DNA of 62,778 bases, counting the filler, from Rhabdomonas costata (lineage: Eukaryota): the NCBI GenBank assembly GCA_019059605.1. It is 32 parts of 32 records of this genome, joined end to end, with 100 filler letters (N's around TTAATTAATTAA, not from the genome) between each part and the next. Parts side by side here need not be neighbours in the genome. Positions count along the whole stretch, not along the records: positions 25,533 to 27,396 come from JAHMHO010008044.1; positions 27,497 to 29,359 come from JAHMHO010008045.1; positions 29,460 to 31,322 come from JAHMHO010008046.1; positions 31,423 to 33,285 come from JAHMHO010008047.1; positions 33,386 to 35,248 come from JAHMHO010008048.1; positions 35,349 to 37,203 come from JAHMHO010008049.1; positions 37,304 to 39,165 come from JAHMHO010008050.1; positions 39,266 to 41,127 come from JAHMHO010008051.1; 24 more parts are not named here. One strand, written 5' to 3'. Position numbers and translations under genes: made by a program. Positions 26,872 to 39,275 of this stretch are shown here, piece after piece. Under the pieces are notes generated by a model. The model saw nothing but the letters and a program-made list of their open reading frames with translations, searched no databases and was not told where the DNA came from. Positions within the stretch are counted from its first letter, which is position 1, and every line of letters begins with the position of its first letter.

Positions 26872-27396
26872 ATGTTTCGGCCTCTCTGCGCATCAGCTTC
26901 GGGTCTCCGAGCTTTGCTGTCTCTGCGAAGGAGCTTCAGTGCGGAGTCTTCGCCCTCGCCATCCTTGGTTCCTCGTGGCCCGCAATCCTTGAATTTCGAG
27001 TCCCCCGATGGCAAGGCGCTCCATCTCCGCCTCTTCACCACCACTGGTGGGTCTCGAGTGAGCCGTCAGCTCTCCCTGACATTCCTGGAGAACCGGGACA
27101 TGCGCGGGCGCTTCGTCTTGACATTCCCCACCACGGGCGATCTCGTTCACTCCCTCAGTGTCCGCTCCGGGGTCCATCACAAGAATGTCCCTCTCTCACC
27201 TCCGATCGTTCAGAGCCTCACCGTGCGCCCGGCAGGAAACGAGGGCGTCGAGCTGGTGTTCCTGGATGAGTCCCCGTCCAAGGAGAAGCTGACGGCGAGT
27301 GTGACGCTCTCCGCGGTGCAAGCTGCAGCGCTGGGCGGTTTTCTGACCTCCATGCTGCCTCAATTGGTGGGGTGGAACCACGCCCTGAACACATTA
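26872..27396 (+). CDS. Mitochondrion-targeted Whirly/MRP1-fold nucleic-acid-binding protein (putative), intronless, stop lost at contig end
   Basis: N-terminus MFRPLCASASGLRALLSLRRSFSA is a typical mitochondrial presequence; C-terminal ASVTLSAVQAAALGGFLTSMLPQLVGW resembles the Whirly terminal helix (VPVTKAEFAV...F...LP.L.GW); beta-strand/helix pattern repeated twice. Confidence 0.55.
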
Positions 27397-27829
27397 NNNN
27401 NNNNNNNNNNNNNNNNNNNNNNNNNNNNNNNNNNNNNNNNTTAATTAATTAANNNNNNNNNNNNNNNNNNNNNNNNNNNNNNNNNNNNNNNNNNNNATCT
27501 ATCTTAGCCGTGTTAACCACCGATGCTTTTGAGATGCTCTTTGCATGTTGTGGCAGGTTCTGGGTCTGGCACTATGCGAGTCAACGTGACAAGCAATCAA
27601 ACAAAAGTTATCTTGTTGCCAGCGACAGACGTGGGAAGCAGGCAGAATGTATCTGGGAGTAAACTGGACAAGAAAGGGAATCAACGCAAGGGCTAGAAAG
27701 AGTGGCAGTACGCAAGGGCGCAACAAGAGGGGGAAGGAAAGAAACCGATAAATGGGACATGTGGGCGTGCGGGGATAGGGATAGGGATTGGGGGATAGGC
27801 ACATCACCACCACCACCACCAGTGCCACG

Positions 27830-29200
27830 CCTCCCCCCTCGGTGGTGGGCAATACGGAAGCCCAAACGAATACCTGGTGGTTGCCAGAAAAAGGAGCCGA
27901 GATGGGTGGACCGGCACCTGTCATAGCTTTGCTCGCGGAGGAGGTAGCCATTGTAGCCCAGCCTGGGGTTCGCAGCGCACCGCCGTACGGCCTGGATCAC
28001 CTGAAGCGCTCACAGGAAAGACGGTCCAGAAGACGCATCCCCCCCCCCAAAAAAAGAAGCGCACTGCACTGCAATCCATACGCTGGAGTAGCTGACAGCA
28101 ACAGAAGAGCTCTCGGATGAAACCTACATAAGGACCATAATGTCCAATGCCAATACTGAGAAGTGTGGTCTGAACGCAGCGTAGGGTTTTCACTTGGAGG
28201 CGATGTTTACGCGATGTTCGCAAGTGTACAGCTACATCCGGCATCGCTCTCTGAAACCTTGCGTCTCGCATTGCCTCAAGTCTCGAGAATCCATTCAACT
28301 GCTGGTTCTGCAGAATCGATTCACTGCTTCATGACGCAAGCACCAAAGTTCATAAAAAAACTTAGCACTTCAACTCTGCAGTTAAGCACGTTTTTTGAGC
28401 GCTGGTTGATTACAAAGATAAGTGCTGACCTGCAAATCTTTCGGAGATGATTTCAACGAGTTTTAAGTGGCTTGAACATGCGCTATTCCTTAATCAGGTC
28501 GGCCTATGTGTGCAGACACACACACACACACTGACACCTGTTGGGCGTACTCGCTCGCAGCCTGCCCGTCCAGCCCGTAGCAGGCCACAGTACGGCTGAC
28601 CCAAATGAAATGCAGCCAGCATCCAGTCGCTGCGGAGAAGTCCTTCTTGACATCCTTCAAAATTCTGGCAATTAAGCCCAACAAACCCGCCCTAAAGAGC
28701 CTTTCGATGGAATTCTCGAAAAAGACCTAGTCCCAGACGACTGCGGGTTTGCAGCTGAGATGAGTTGCTTCTGGAAACATACCATGCTACTGCTTTCCGC
28801 CCTTCGTCAATCAATTCGTCAAACAAAACAAACTGTTTCAGGACGTTACACTCGCTGTTTTTTGGAATACCGCTTTCGCCTGGGCGGGCTTGGTGGTGTT
28901 CCGAGCTTTCGATGGTGTTTTGTATGAAATTCTCGAAGACCTGGTGACGGAGTTGAAGTATGGTAGCTGGGGCATCCTATACGCAGCATCTTCTCTGTGC
29001 ATTGCCTTCACCTGCTCAGTAAACTCACTTTTTTCACAATGAAAGCTGTACCGCGTTCAAGTGTCTTCCCTGTTGTAAACTCTGGGTCCGTTTTCTTCGG
29101 CAATTTCGGCCAGGTTGACGCAACGAATGCTGTGGAGCTCTCCGAGCCCATGGTTTGCCGAGTTGGCCGTCATGGTTTGCGCCTTGACATCGGGGTGCTC
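27830..29200 (-). CDS. Hypothetical protein, multi-exon, partial
   Basis: GC3-rich blocks with AG/GT borders (DVKKDFSAATGCWLHFIWV...EYAQQ; VIQAVRRCAANPRLGYNGYLLREQSYD); no family recognised. Confidence 0.5.
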
Positions 29201-29609
29201 ATGCCTGTCTTGGCCGCTGTGAGTCCCCGAAATGACCTGATTTTCGGGTTTGTCTGCGTGCTTTTCTGTTGAAATCAGTTGAAAATGTGTCAATTTGCAC
29301 GATCGGCAAAGGTATTAATAAAGGTATTAATAATGGAACGGAAGAATAATAAATCAACANNNNNNNNNNNNNNNNNNNNNNNNNNNNNNNNNNNNNNNNN
29401 NNNTTAATTAATTAANNNNNNNNNNNNNNNNNNNNNNNNNNNNNNNNNNNNNNNNNNNNGTGTTGGGTTTGTACGGATGTGTTGTGCGCTTGCCACCGGC
29501 CCTTTGGTTTAGGGATTCAGTGGATGCTTTGAGGCGCTGTGTGATCCTTGCCTCCATTATGTCTTCGTGCCACTCCCTTCATATCGATTCATCGGGTACC
29601 TCCTGGCAG

Positions 29610-30298
29610 GATAGGCGTCTTCGAAAGCGCTGCACATGCTGTCAACGTGACCAAATCGGTGCAGCCGCAGAATCGGCAGGCGGGGGGTCTTGTCGGCAAG
29701 ATGGTTTTGTTCTCATTCTGCTCCGTCCAAAATTCATTTTTTGTTGCAGAGATGTCCGACAAGCTTTGCCAGCTCGGAGCCATTGTGGACGCTCTTCTTC
29801 AAGGGTGAGCCCTTTTTCTCTTTTTGTCAGTGCGTCTGTTTTTAAGGAGTTTCACGCTTTGATAGCTGACCCGATGTTGTCTCCTCAGTTAAGTTGATAG
29901 TGGGATGGGATGGTTTCCATTTGATTTCAATTGTCGCTGTGATCAAGTTGGGTCATGTCCGAACTTTGTTTTGCGTACCATGGAATGCGTTTGGAGCGTT
30001 TCAGATTTCGGTAAGACTTTGTCCTCTTCGTCATTGGGCACGTCAACATTGCACCTTCGGCAGATTTTACCCCTTCTCAAACCGTAGTCTGATGAGGCAC
30101 AAGCTGCTCTTGGCCTGGAATCTTACCGCATTATTATTTCGTTTGAACCTGAATGTCATTTCATCCGTGAAAACTATTTAACTGTGTCCGTCTCGCTATT
30201 TGTACGCAGCTCTTTGGAAGGGCCTGCTATCCAGACCAGCCGTGCGAAGCGCATGGTGGGACGTGGCGGGCCCCTTCCTGAAGTATGACCCCTCTTAG
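29610..30298 (+). CDS. Hypothetical protein, last three exons (reading frame uncertain)
   Basis: Three short AG/GT-bounded blocks splice to IGVFESAAHAVNVTKS-RCPTSFASSEPLWTLFFK-ALWKGLLSRPAVRSAWWDVAGPFLKYDPS-stop. Confidence 0.4.
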
Positions 30299-31460
30299 AG
30301 CGATATAAGTGCTTCTCTAATGGGACCTCTCCTTCCTCTCTGGCATGCGTTTAGCAAGATCGTTCATGAGTGCATTCACCGTTGAGTACATCGCACTCTA
30401 AACCCTGACCGGTACCGCTCTTTTACTGCTCTCGTTCCCGGTATCCACAAACTGTCTCAAATGTCAGCGTAACTATAAATTCACCACAAAAAAGAATCGC
30501 GCCTTTGTCGCGGATAAGCTTTGTCCTGCGCGCTGTCCTGTGCAGATCCAGCACCCCAACTATTTTCGTGTTGGGTTTAATGAACGAAGGGAAATCGGTC
30601 ACGCATCTGAGGGGTGTAATTTTTCGTAGATTTGTTCTACTCTGAGGTGATCATGTGACCGCTTCGCAGATACCTTTTTCACTCATAGTCTGGTTCTCCC
30701 GCCAATGGCGAGACCAAAACCGAAATAACCGAAAGCAGACTCTTTGCACAGCGGCGCACATCTGACCTTCTGGAAACCCACCTTAACCACCATCTGATGC
30801 TCCGGGTTCTGGAATTTGGTTAACCTGCAGCCCGTGTTGTAAAATATCGAATCATAAGGTTTTTTTGTACCTTCTCCGCATCTCTGCAGCCCCCAACGCC
30901 CGATTGTGGCCGCGCAGTGCAACTAAGGTGCCGTGTCAAGGAGTTTTTTGCTTATGGCTTCTTTTCTTCTTCTTTTTCTCTTTTTTTCTATTCAACAACT
31001 CAGTGGCAACCGAAAGGGTTGCCGAATTCACAGGACATCGTCAGTTGTTCCTAAATGGTGCACAAAATACACTCGTCCCTGTCGAACCCCTTTGCAACTG
31101 TGCCGATGTACTGATGTGCCATTTACAATGTTGATGCTCAGTTATTAAAAGAAGCTGATTCTTTGGCGCGACATCGATAAAAGAGTGTTTCTCCTTCTCC
31201 CTCTCCCTCCTGCACTTATCCCCATATTTTTTCCTGCGTGCTTGCCTCCCCAGTTGAACAATTCCCTGGACATTGCTTTTATCAGTGTGCTCTTAGGGAC
31301 AAAAAAAAAGTGCTACCCAAAANNNNNNNNNNNNNNNNNNNNNNNNNNNNNNNNNNNNNNNNNNNNTTAATTAATTAANNNNNNNNNNNNNNNNNNNNNN
31401 NNNNNNNNNNNNNNNNNNNNNNGGGGTGGGGGGCGTTGACGTCCGCTCCTCCACTTGCAG

Positions 31461-32949
31461 GGCACGGCAGCTGTGACGAGCAAAGTGCGGTGTGTCGGTG
31501 CTACTGCGGGGCCTCGGTGGGGTACTGGACGGGCACCCTGTGCGACAACTGTGTGTCTGGGGTGTGTGGCGCCTCCTGCACTGCGGGCTGCCCCGGCACT
31601 GTCGCCGAGCCGTGCTGGGGACATGGGACGTGCTTCGACGGGGTCGCCGGGAACGGCACCTGTGCCTGCCAGGCGTGTGCGTGCTTCCCCCCTCCCCCCG
31701 CCTTTTTTTTCGTCTCGTTCCAAGCTGTGCGGTGTCTGTGTTCGTCTGTCCTTTCGAAATCCTTGCAGTCGGTAACCCAAAGAAAAGCATTCCTATGCAG
31801 TGGTGCTCGGGGTTGAGGTCCCGCGGCCACTGTAGTCTTTGCGTCGTGTGGGGATGGCCTTCAGCGACAAGAAAGGGAGAGAAAAAGCAACAAGGCCTTG
31901 CGCGTGGCGCGGAAGAGGATTGTCGAGGGGTTAGGAATGTTAGGATTGGGGCTATAGCTGTCTCCAAGAGAGGATTTATCCCTGCTCAGTGTACTAAGTG
32001 TGTGCACGTGCACCCCTCTCCACCTCCACAACAAAAATGTTTCTTAGATGCTGTGTACATATGTGTGTTTGTATCGGTCTGCGATGCAGGCCAACTGGAG
32101 GCTAGCGGACTGCTCGCTGGCATGCCCAGCGAACTCCACGACAGGAGCGGTTTGCAGCGGCCGTGGGCTGTGCAACTCCGCTGGGCTGTGCGAGTGCAGC
32201 GGCAACTTCTCTGGGACCTACTGCCAGGTCCTTTCATTTTGGCTTTTAAGGGGGGTGTAGTTCTCGCGAAGGTTGGAGGTTAATAGCCTTAAATTTTGCT
32301 TCGGTTAGAAATCACTTCGAAGTGGTCCAAAATCGAGGGCAAAGATCCAGGTTAAACTGGGCGCGATTCCTTTTAAAAATACTCCAGCTCACCTTCAGGC
32401 CTTCAGGTCGCCCCACCATTTTACCGCTTGCCGCTACCGCTACCGCTGTTCCTCATCCTCTTCCGCTCAGAAGCACCAGTCTCCTCTCCCCTCCATCCCG
32501 CATCGGAACATCCCACACCGCTGCTTCTATTCACTTCCACCGCACCAATTCCGGTTATGCAGGTGTGGGTTTGAGAAACTTTCACCGCTGAAAATGGCAA
32601 CGCCAAGTTTGGGTGGACCAGCAGCAGTAACGAGCCCTGGCTCTCGTAGTAAGCTCAGAATAAATCACAAAAGCTAACAACACGTTCAAGTGCCCACGGA
32701 AACGTACTCTTCCGACTGGGCTCCGACCTTTACGGAGCAGCTGTTGTCTGACAAGGGTGTTCGTTACCAGCTTTTTCCAGTCCCCCGCTGCTGCTCCCTG
32801 CCTCTTCTGAGGTGCGTTGTCATCCCTTCCCACGTTCTTTTTCCAGACCTGCCGCAGCGGGTACGCTGGGCCCTCGTGCACCGTGGTGTGCTCCGGGGGG
32901 GCCACGGCACCCTGCTCAGGACGTGGGATTTGCAACCAGGGCATCTCAG
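31461..32949 (+). CDS. Laminin/EGF-repeat cell-surface protein (stabilin/SCARF-like repeats), partial; exons 31461-31672, 32090-32227, ~32848-32949
   Basis: CPG...PCWGHGTCFDGVAGNGTCAC, VCSGRGLCNSAGLCECSGNFSGTYC, CRSGYAGPSC...CSGRGIC are EGF-like repeats. Confidence 0.92.
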
Positions 32950-33949
32950 GTGATCCTGCACCTCGATCCGCTCTGTTCCGCACGTCCATTCCATCGAACA
33001 TCATCAACAGTCTTCAGCGATCTTTATTTTTGAGAACTTGCTTTGGTTGGACGTCAGATTCGGATTCTTCACGTTTTTCAGTATTCAAAAATAAACCGTA
33101 AAAGCGTTACATCAGACAAACCTTTGGAACAAGTCGGAGTTACGTTGCAGTATCCAGCGTGGATCCATGCTAAACAAAGGCGTCCAGTACTTCCATCAGC
33201 GGACTACCATTGGGTTGGCATCGGTGAGCGCCAGTTTAGGCGTTTCAGCGATAGAAAGGGGTAAGGTGACAGTACACCACAAACCNNNNNNNNNNNNNNN
33301 NNNNNNNNNNNNNNNNNNNNNNNNNNNNNTTAATTAATTAANNNNNNNNNNNNNNNNNNNNNNNNNNNNNNNNNNNNNNNNNNNNTGATGGACTAATCTG
33401 GTGAATGGTCTGTGTGGATGGTGTGTTTGTGTGAGTTGCCTTGGGTGGTGGTGGTGGGTGCTTTTGCTTGGCGTACTGTGGGGCTGATGTTGGTGTAATT
33501 GGGTCAGGGTGTGTGCTGGGGTCAGGTTGTGGAGGTTGAAGTGTGTGCTGGAGGGTGAGTGTGTGTACCGTGGATTGATGCTGTTGGTCTTGGTTTATGG
33601 TGTGGATCGATGGATGCGCGTGAGGTCATGGTGTGTGCCCGTGGTGTGTGTCTCTTTTGCGTGGGTCTTTGGTTTTGTGTTTAGGCATTTGGCATTCGGC
33701 ATTTAGTACTTGGGTTTTAAGTCGAGAAGCTTGGACTAATCGGGTTCTGTGTCTTTTGGTGATTAGTAGTCGGAGGTGTGGGGTTGGTGCTTTTGCATGT
33801 GTTGGATTTCCGTGGGTTTGCGTTGAGGCCTTCCTGTATGCTGTGTGCATCTGTGCATGCTTGTCTCCTTTCCTCCACTAGAGGTGTGAAACAGCCAGAA
33901 GCCGTTGAGAGCTTCCAGCAAGCAGTGGTCAGAACGACCTATTTCAGGT

Positions 33950-35140
33950 ACGCCTGGAAAAACGTGAACATACGGATGAGGCCACCAACACATATGTCAT
34001 AAGCGACCGGTGGCATATCACCACTCAAACGTATACACTTAAGCCGACCATGGATACTTGGTATGATCCGTGCAGTTGCACTGATGTGATCTTCACTCAT
34101 CAACTCAGCCTGTCCAATTTTGCGCCTATAATCACTCACTATACCTAGCATTCACTCCTGACATATGTTTTCAGTTTGAAACTTTTAACTTACTTTCCTG
34201 ATGGCATTTCCATCCGTTTTTTGGCTGTACATACTTATTTTATCCATTTTACTTCACCAAAATTTACCATTGGCCTGGTAAACAGTCCAACGAGCGTTAC
34301 CACGTGACCACAACGGCTTCATCATGCTTGCCAGTTCTCAACACTACCACATTTACACTACTATCATGCATTTTTCTTTCACTTGTGTTTACAATTTTTT
34401 GGTGTTTACATTTGTAGCTTCCACGTCATTGCCCATCCGGAATCGTGTATCTTATTGTTGTGTATTTGCCCTCTAGTAACCACACACACACTAGCGGAAA
34501 CAGGCAATCATTGTGCCTCCCTACCTTTTTTCATTTTACGTATTTTTATTTGATGGTAAATTTTCATTACCTTTTAATTTCTGTGCTTTCTCCAGACAAA
34601 ACGTTTACCACACAGTTCAACAAGCTTAGAAAATACGTACATTACATAACGCCACTGAATTGTGAACTCCAAGTCCCACGCCTTCGTCACCAGAGGATAC
34701 GCGTAAAACAGCCAGCCAACCAGCCATGGTGCCGCTGAGCACTGCCAACTTTGTATGACACCGCAGCGGAACTCAGCATACCCACCTGCCTGACAACAGG
34801 AAGTATGACTAATGCCATTCCTTCCAATTTTCAATCTTACTAAGTTCTTTTTCAATCACCACCATCTAGTCACATTTGTCCTCTTTTGACTTCATCATTA
34901 ATTAGCCCATTTTAAAATCATCCACAAACTTCACGCAAACCATTTGTAACTCGCCTTTTCACATCTAAATGTGCCACCAGCACCTTAGCTTCCATATTCA
35001 ATAATTGGGATTTGAATCAACATTTCCACTAGTGCTGGAGTGTCTTGTGGCCGCTCAGAAAGCAGAACTCAATCACAAGCTCTGTGTCTCACATCCCAAT
35101 GATGTCTCAGTCATTCAGCATTCCTATGAAGCATCTTTCT
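33950..35140 (-). mobile_element. Highly decayed Ty3/gypsy integrase remnant
   Basis: Broken motifs in the expected order: HWDV (GHxGV), KW...KFVDD (KW..MDFV), DLEFTIQWRYVM (DPRFTS.FW..LM), IHGRLKCI...PVAYDI...PHPYVHV (GPY/F module); many stops and frameshifts. Confidence 0.5.
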
Positions 35141-35399
35141 AATACATTTGCTTTTGCTCACACAAAAATCCCCTTTGGATCAAATCCGTGCCTTCAACCA
35201 GTTCCTACAGAAATACTATCGATTTCGCTCATATATTTCCCACACACANNNNNNNNNNNNNNNNNNNNNNNNNNNNNNNNNNNNNNNNNNNNTTAATTAA
35301 TTAANNNNNNNNNNNNNNNNNNNNNNNNNNNNNNNNNNNNNNNNNNNNGGTGGGTGTAGAAGCGGTTTGCCCAGTGCAGAAAGTCCCCGCTGTGGGCTT

Positions 35400-36963
35400 G
35401 AATAATAGTGGTGATGTACCCCGATGGGGTGTACTCCACGAAGAAATCCTCAAACGTGCCCTGAACACATCCGGATCAAAAAAAACTGAAAGGAAGGAAA
35501 GTAAGAAAGAAGGAAAGAGAGGAAAAGAAGGAAAGAAAGCTTTCTAAGAGCAGGCTGACGAAGGGGCAGTTGAGCAGCGCTCTTGTCGACATCTTCTAGT
35601 TAGAAGGGGAAACAGGCACACCAAAGAATAATAATTGTTGCTGAACTCCGCTGCAAGAACTACTGTGCCTGCGCCGAAGAGCCGTGAAGTGCCGTACAAG
35701 ACGAGGTGAGGTAGGGAGGCAGGGAGAGGGGGGAACGCCCGGGCCCATGCAGACCAGGATGTTCCCCGAGGGCATCCACACCACGCCCCCGCCGTAGGTG
35801 CGCTGGAAGGAGGCCAGCACACTGCCATTTTGGGCCCGCAGAGGGTTGGGGCGCATCCAATACCCCACCTCCCGCACCACCCTCGCTGGTACGTCCACCT
35901 GTACATACACATATACTACGCAACACCCTTAACCAAGAGTATTTCCCCACAGCACATCGCAGGATGCCGTGAAGGACCAGCGGCAGTTTGGGGTGTTACT
36001 GTCTTGCACTTTTTGGCTGATGGAAAAAAGGTGGAAAATTGATGACTGAGCGACAATAACAGACCTTCCCAAAAAGGTCTGCTATTAACTGCAAAAACCG
36101 GCTTCCATCAAAAAAGGTCTGCTGTTCACCGGAGGAAGAAAGCATTTCTTGTTTTGTGGGGGGTCTTTCCTACCACTTTCCGCAGGAAAGTCGTGTATTT
36201 TTTGGGGGGCAAACAGCAGTTTTTTGACGTCGCGGCGTAAAGAGTTATGGGAACACACAATTAACTTCCAGTACAAGATATTCGAAAAACGCACCGCGCG
36301 GATAGCCAAACAATGGGATCGTCACACCCTTCCCCCTTCCAGGCTGCATGCAAACTGAGACTTTTCAACCACGGCACATCACAGCCGCATTATAGCGCAT
36401 ATTTATGCCGCAAAGAACCAGCGGCATACATAAAGGCTGAAAAGACTTCTGATCAAATATGTCATAAACTAAGTTCTCAGTTTAGGGGTGTTGCTGGGCT
36501 TATGTGTGTACACGTGTGGAAGTTCGAAGTGCACACAGTGGAACCGGTACCAATGTCCGTATTGAAGCAGAGGAAACGTCCGCCGCTTGCAGAGTCATTA
36601 TGTGTCACAGCTGCACACGTGCAACCGTGCAAAAAGAAAAGCAATGAGCATCTGCGCAAGAAAAAAGGGAGCAGGAAGAAAAGACAATTTTTTGGGAAGG
36701 GGAAGGGAGAAGTGGGTAGGACCTTGAAGACATCTGCGGCGGGGTTCATCCCACAGCCGTAGAAGGTGAGATTGGTGGGGGTGCCCGCGGAGGTGAACCC
36801 GCAGCCCTCTTCGTCCTGGGTGTAGGCCTGGACCCCGGAGATGCAGAAGGTGCTCATGACAATGTACGAGCCCCAGTATGAGGCGTAGCACAGCGTATAG
36901 GTCCCTCCCACAGGAACGGTGTAGGAGTAACTCAGCTGCCCCTGGGCATTCGTGCCCAGCCCT
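35400..36963 (-). CDS. Large secreted/surface beta-rich protein, partial
   Basis: LSYSYTVPVGGTYTLCYASYWGSY...TPTNLTFYGCGMNPAADVFK in a GC3-rich exon, with further AG/GT-bounded exons downstream whose frames are ambiguous. Confidence 0.55.
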
Positions 36964-37455
36964 GCGAGGAGCCAAAACAAAAAGAATTTAAAAAAAAGGT
37001 TCCGATAAAACACAACAGCGCGAAGGGCCGAGGCCGTCGATGCTGACCATTGGAAACCAGTGCTTAGACATCCGCAGTACATGGTTGACATTGTATGGTG
37101 AAGGACAAAACAATTGGGACCCGGTCCCCCCAGACACAACAGGGAACATGCTTCACAGGCTGTGCATCGTCACGAAGGATATAAATCAGCCCCACACAAA
37201 CCCNNNNNNNNNNNNNNNNNNNNNNNNNNNNNNNNNNNNNNNNNNNNTTAATTAATTAANNNNNNNNNNNNNNNNNNNNNNNNNNNNNNNNNNNNNNNNN
37301 NNNCACCCTTCTTCTAATGGAATCCAAATTGGGACGGGAAATTATAATAGTATAGTTTTTTGTCTGTATGGTTCCATATATAGTTTTTTGTTTATATAGT
37401 TCTTGTGCTTGGAAAGGGGAAAGAAAGGGGGTAGTGGAGGGAGGAAGGGAGAGAC

Positions 37456-38744
37456 CAAGCTCCTGGTTCACCCACTGTGCGGAGTACGGGCAGAGCGTCA
37501 GCACTTTTCCCCACGGTCGCTCTGCCGCGGCCAGCAGCGCGCGGCCCCGCCGCACGCTGCGGTGGGGGGCCACCCGGCTGAGCAGGAAGTTGGGCTCCTC
37601 CAGCTCGATCCGCACAGCGAAGGCACCGTGGCCCACAAGGCTTCCCGGGGCTTTCTGAGCCACATCCCACGTCAGCTCTACCCCCCACACCACAACCAAC
37701 AGAAGATGTATGAAGGAAAAATTTGGCCGAAACTACGCCAAGATGCCCACATTGGAAGGGGACGGAACCCGACAATATGGTAAGATTATCAGAATAAGGG
37801 AAGAAACATCACTGGAAGGAGGAGATAAGGTAGAGGAAGGAAGGGCCATCAGCCAAAACAACTGGTGAAACGTACACAAGAGACTCCTGAGCTCCTTGAC
37901 CACCAGGAGCACATGTAAGCACAGGAAAGGCACAGCCTCCTGCTGGCTCCCGCAATTTTTGAAGCCACCACTGACTTTTCAAACAACATCAACCCCGAAC
38001 CAAATAGCATTCCACGAGCATTTTCTCCTTCACTTGTGCTCCGCATACAAAGGGCTCCCTCTTTGCCCTTTGTGTAGTCTCAGAGTTCTCAATATAATAA
38101 AATAATATAACATAATATAATACTACGTTACTATGCCACAAGGCACGACAATACGCAGGCATCGCACCACCGAGAACAGCTGCTCGGCCAGGACAACGCG
38201 GAAGCCGAGCCGGCGCCCCCACTGCTGCATCTCCGAGGCCCAGCTCGCCGCGAGGATAAAGTCGGGGTACCGGTGCATCACCACAACCAAGCGCCGTGGG
38301 GGCGGGTATGCCTGCCACAGTGCCTGCCACGCACCATCACACACCGCACTGAACAATCTGTTACACCGATTGGTGACAATTGGCCTACATACCACCGCAA
38401 AGCGATTGATTGCGATTGCATTGCTGATCAGTACACATACACAACACCAGGTTTCCATTTCAGCCGTTTGGTACCTCAGAAGAATTGGAAGGTCTTCAGT
38501 GAATGCTCAAGTACTATGGAATACTTGCTCAAGTAAATTGGAGAACAAGTTTACCTTGAGGAAAAAGAAAGCAAAATCCATACGGGTTTTTAAAGACCAA
38601 AAAACACTTTTGTGGTTCGAGTTCGCACACCACTCCCCGCTTAGAATGACTGAGGTTCAGGATGCCGTTCGCGGGGTGGGTGGGGACCTGCCAGGCCCAG
38701 GTGTGCACCAGGCCGGCGAGAAGCACGTAAGCGATCACGAGCAT
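37456..38744 (-). CDS. Signal-peptide-bearing hypothetical protein (possibly glycosyltransferase-like), 5' exons
   Basis: MLVIAYVLLAGLVHTWA signal peptide; exons ALWQAYPPPRRLVVVMHRYPDF... and AVRIELEEPNFL...KVLTLCPYSAQWVN with canonical borders. Confidence 0.6.
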
Positions 38745-39275
38745 GGTACAGCATTCCGAAACAAAAATTAAAGCGAGGTGACGTTTGCCTCGCGAAAAAC
38801 AGCGACACCAGTGAGAACTAAAGGAGAAGCAACAGACAGAACCGCCCCACCAAAAATAATTCCAGTCACTTTTTGCTTTGCCCTTCCATGGAAAAAAAAC
38901 ACATGGAAAAACACTTGTCTGCCGAAATGAGCTGTTGAGGCCATTCAACTATTCAGTCGCCTGCTGCAAGCAAAATAACTTGGCCAGAATTGAGCGGTTT
39001 TAAGTGATAATTTGAAATTCAGCAAGTTGCGGTATGCGAAAGCATTGCTGACCTTACCCAGACTGGAACTTCCAAAAAAGATTTTCACTTCCATCAAAAG
39101 AAACCTTCAAACTGTCGAAACGTTGAACCCCTACCATGTATTGTCGATTCCTTGGCTACACTCACNNNNNNNNNNNNNNNNNNNNNNNNNNNNNNNNNNN
39201 NNNNNNNNNTTAATTAATTAANNNNNNNNNNNNNNNNNNNNNNNNNNNNNNNNNNNNNNNNNNNNTACTGCGCAG

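Noticed and set aside
38310..38700. TGGCAGG repeated at both intron ends (introner target-site duplication?)
   Set aside because: Largely explained by the CAG|G splice consensus plus a local 12-nt tandem repeat; no terminal inverted repeats or related intron copies seen.
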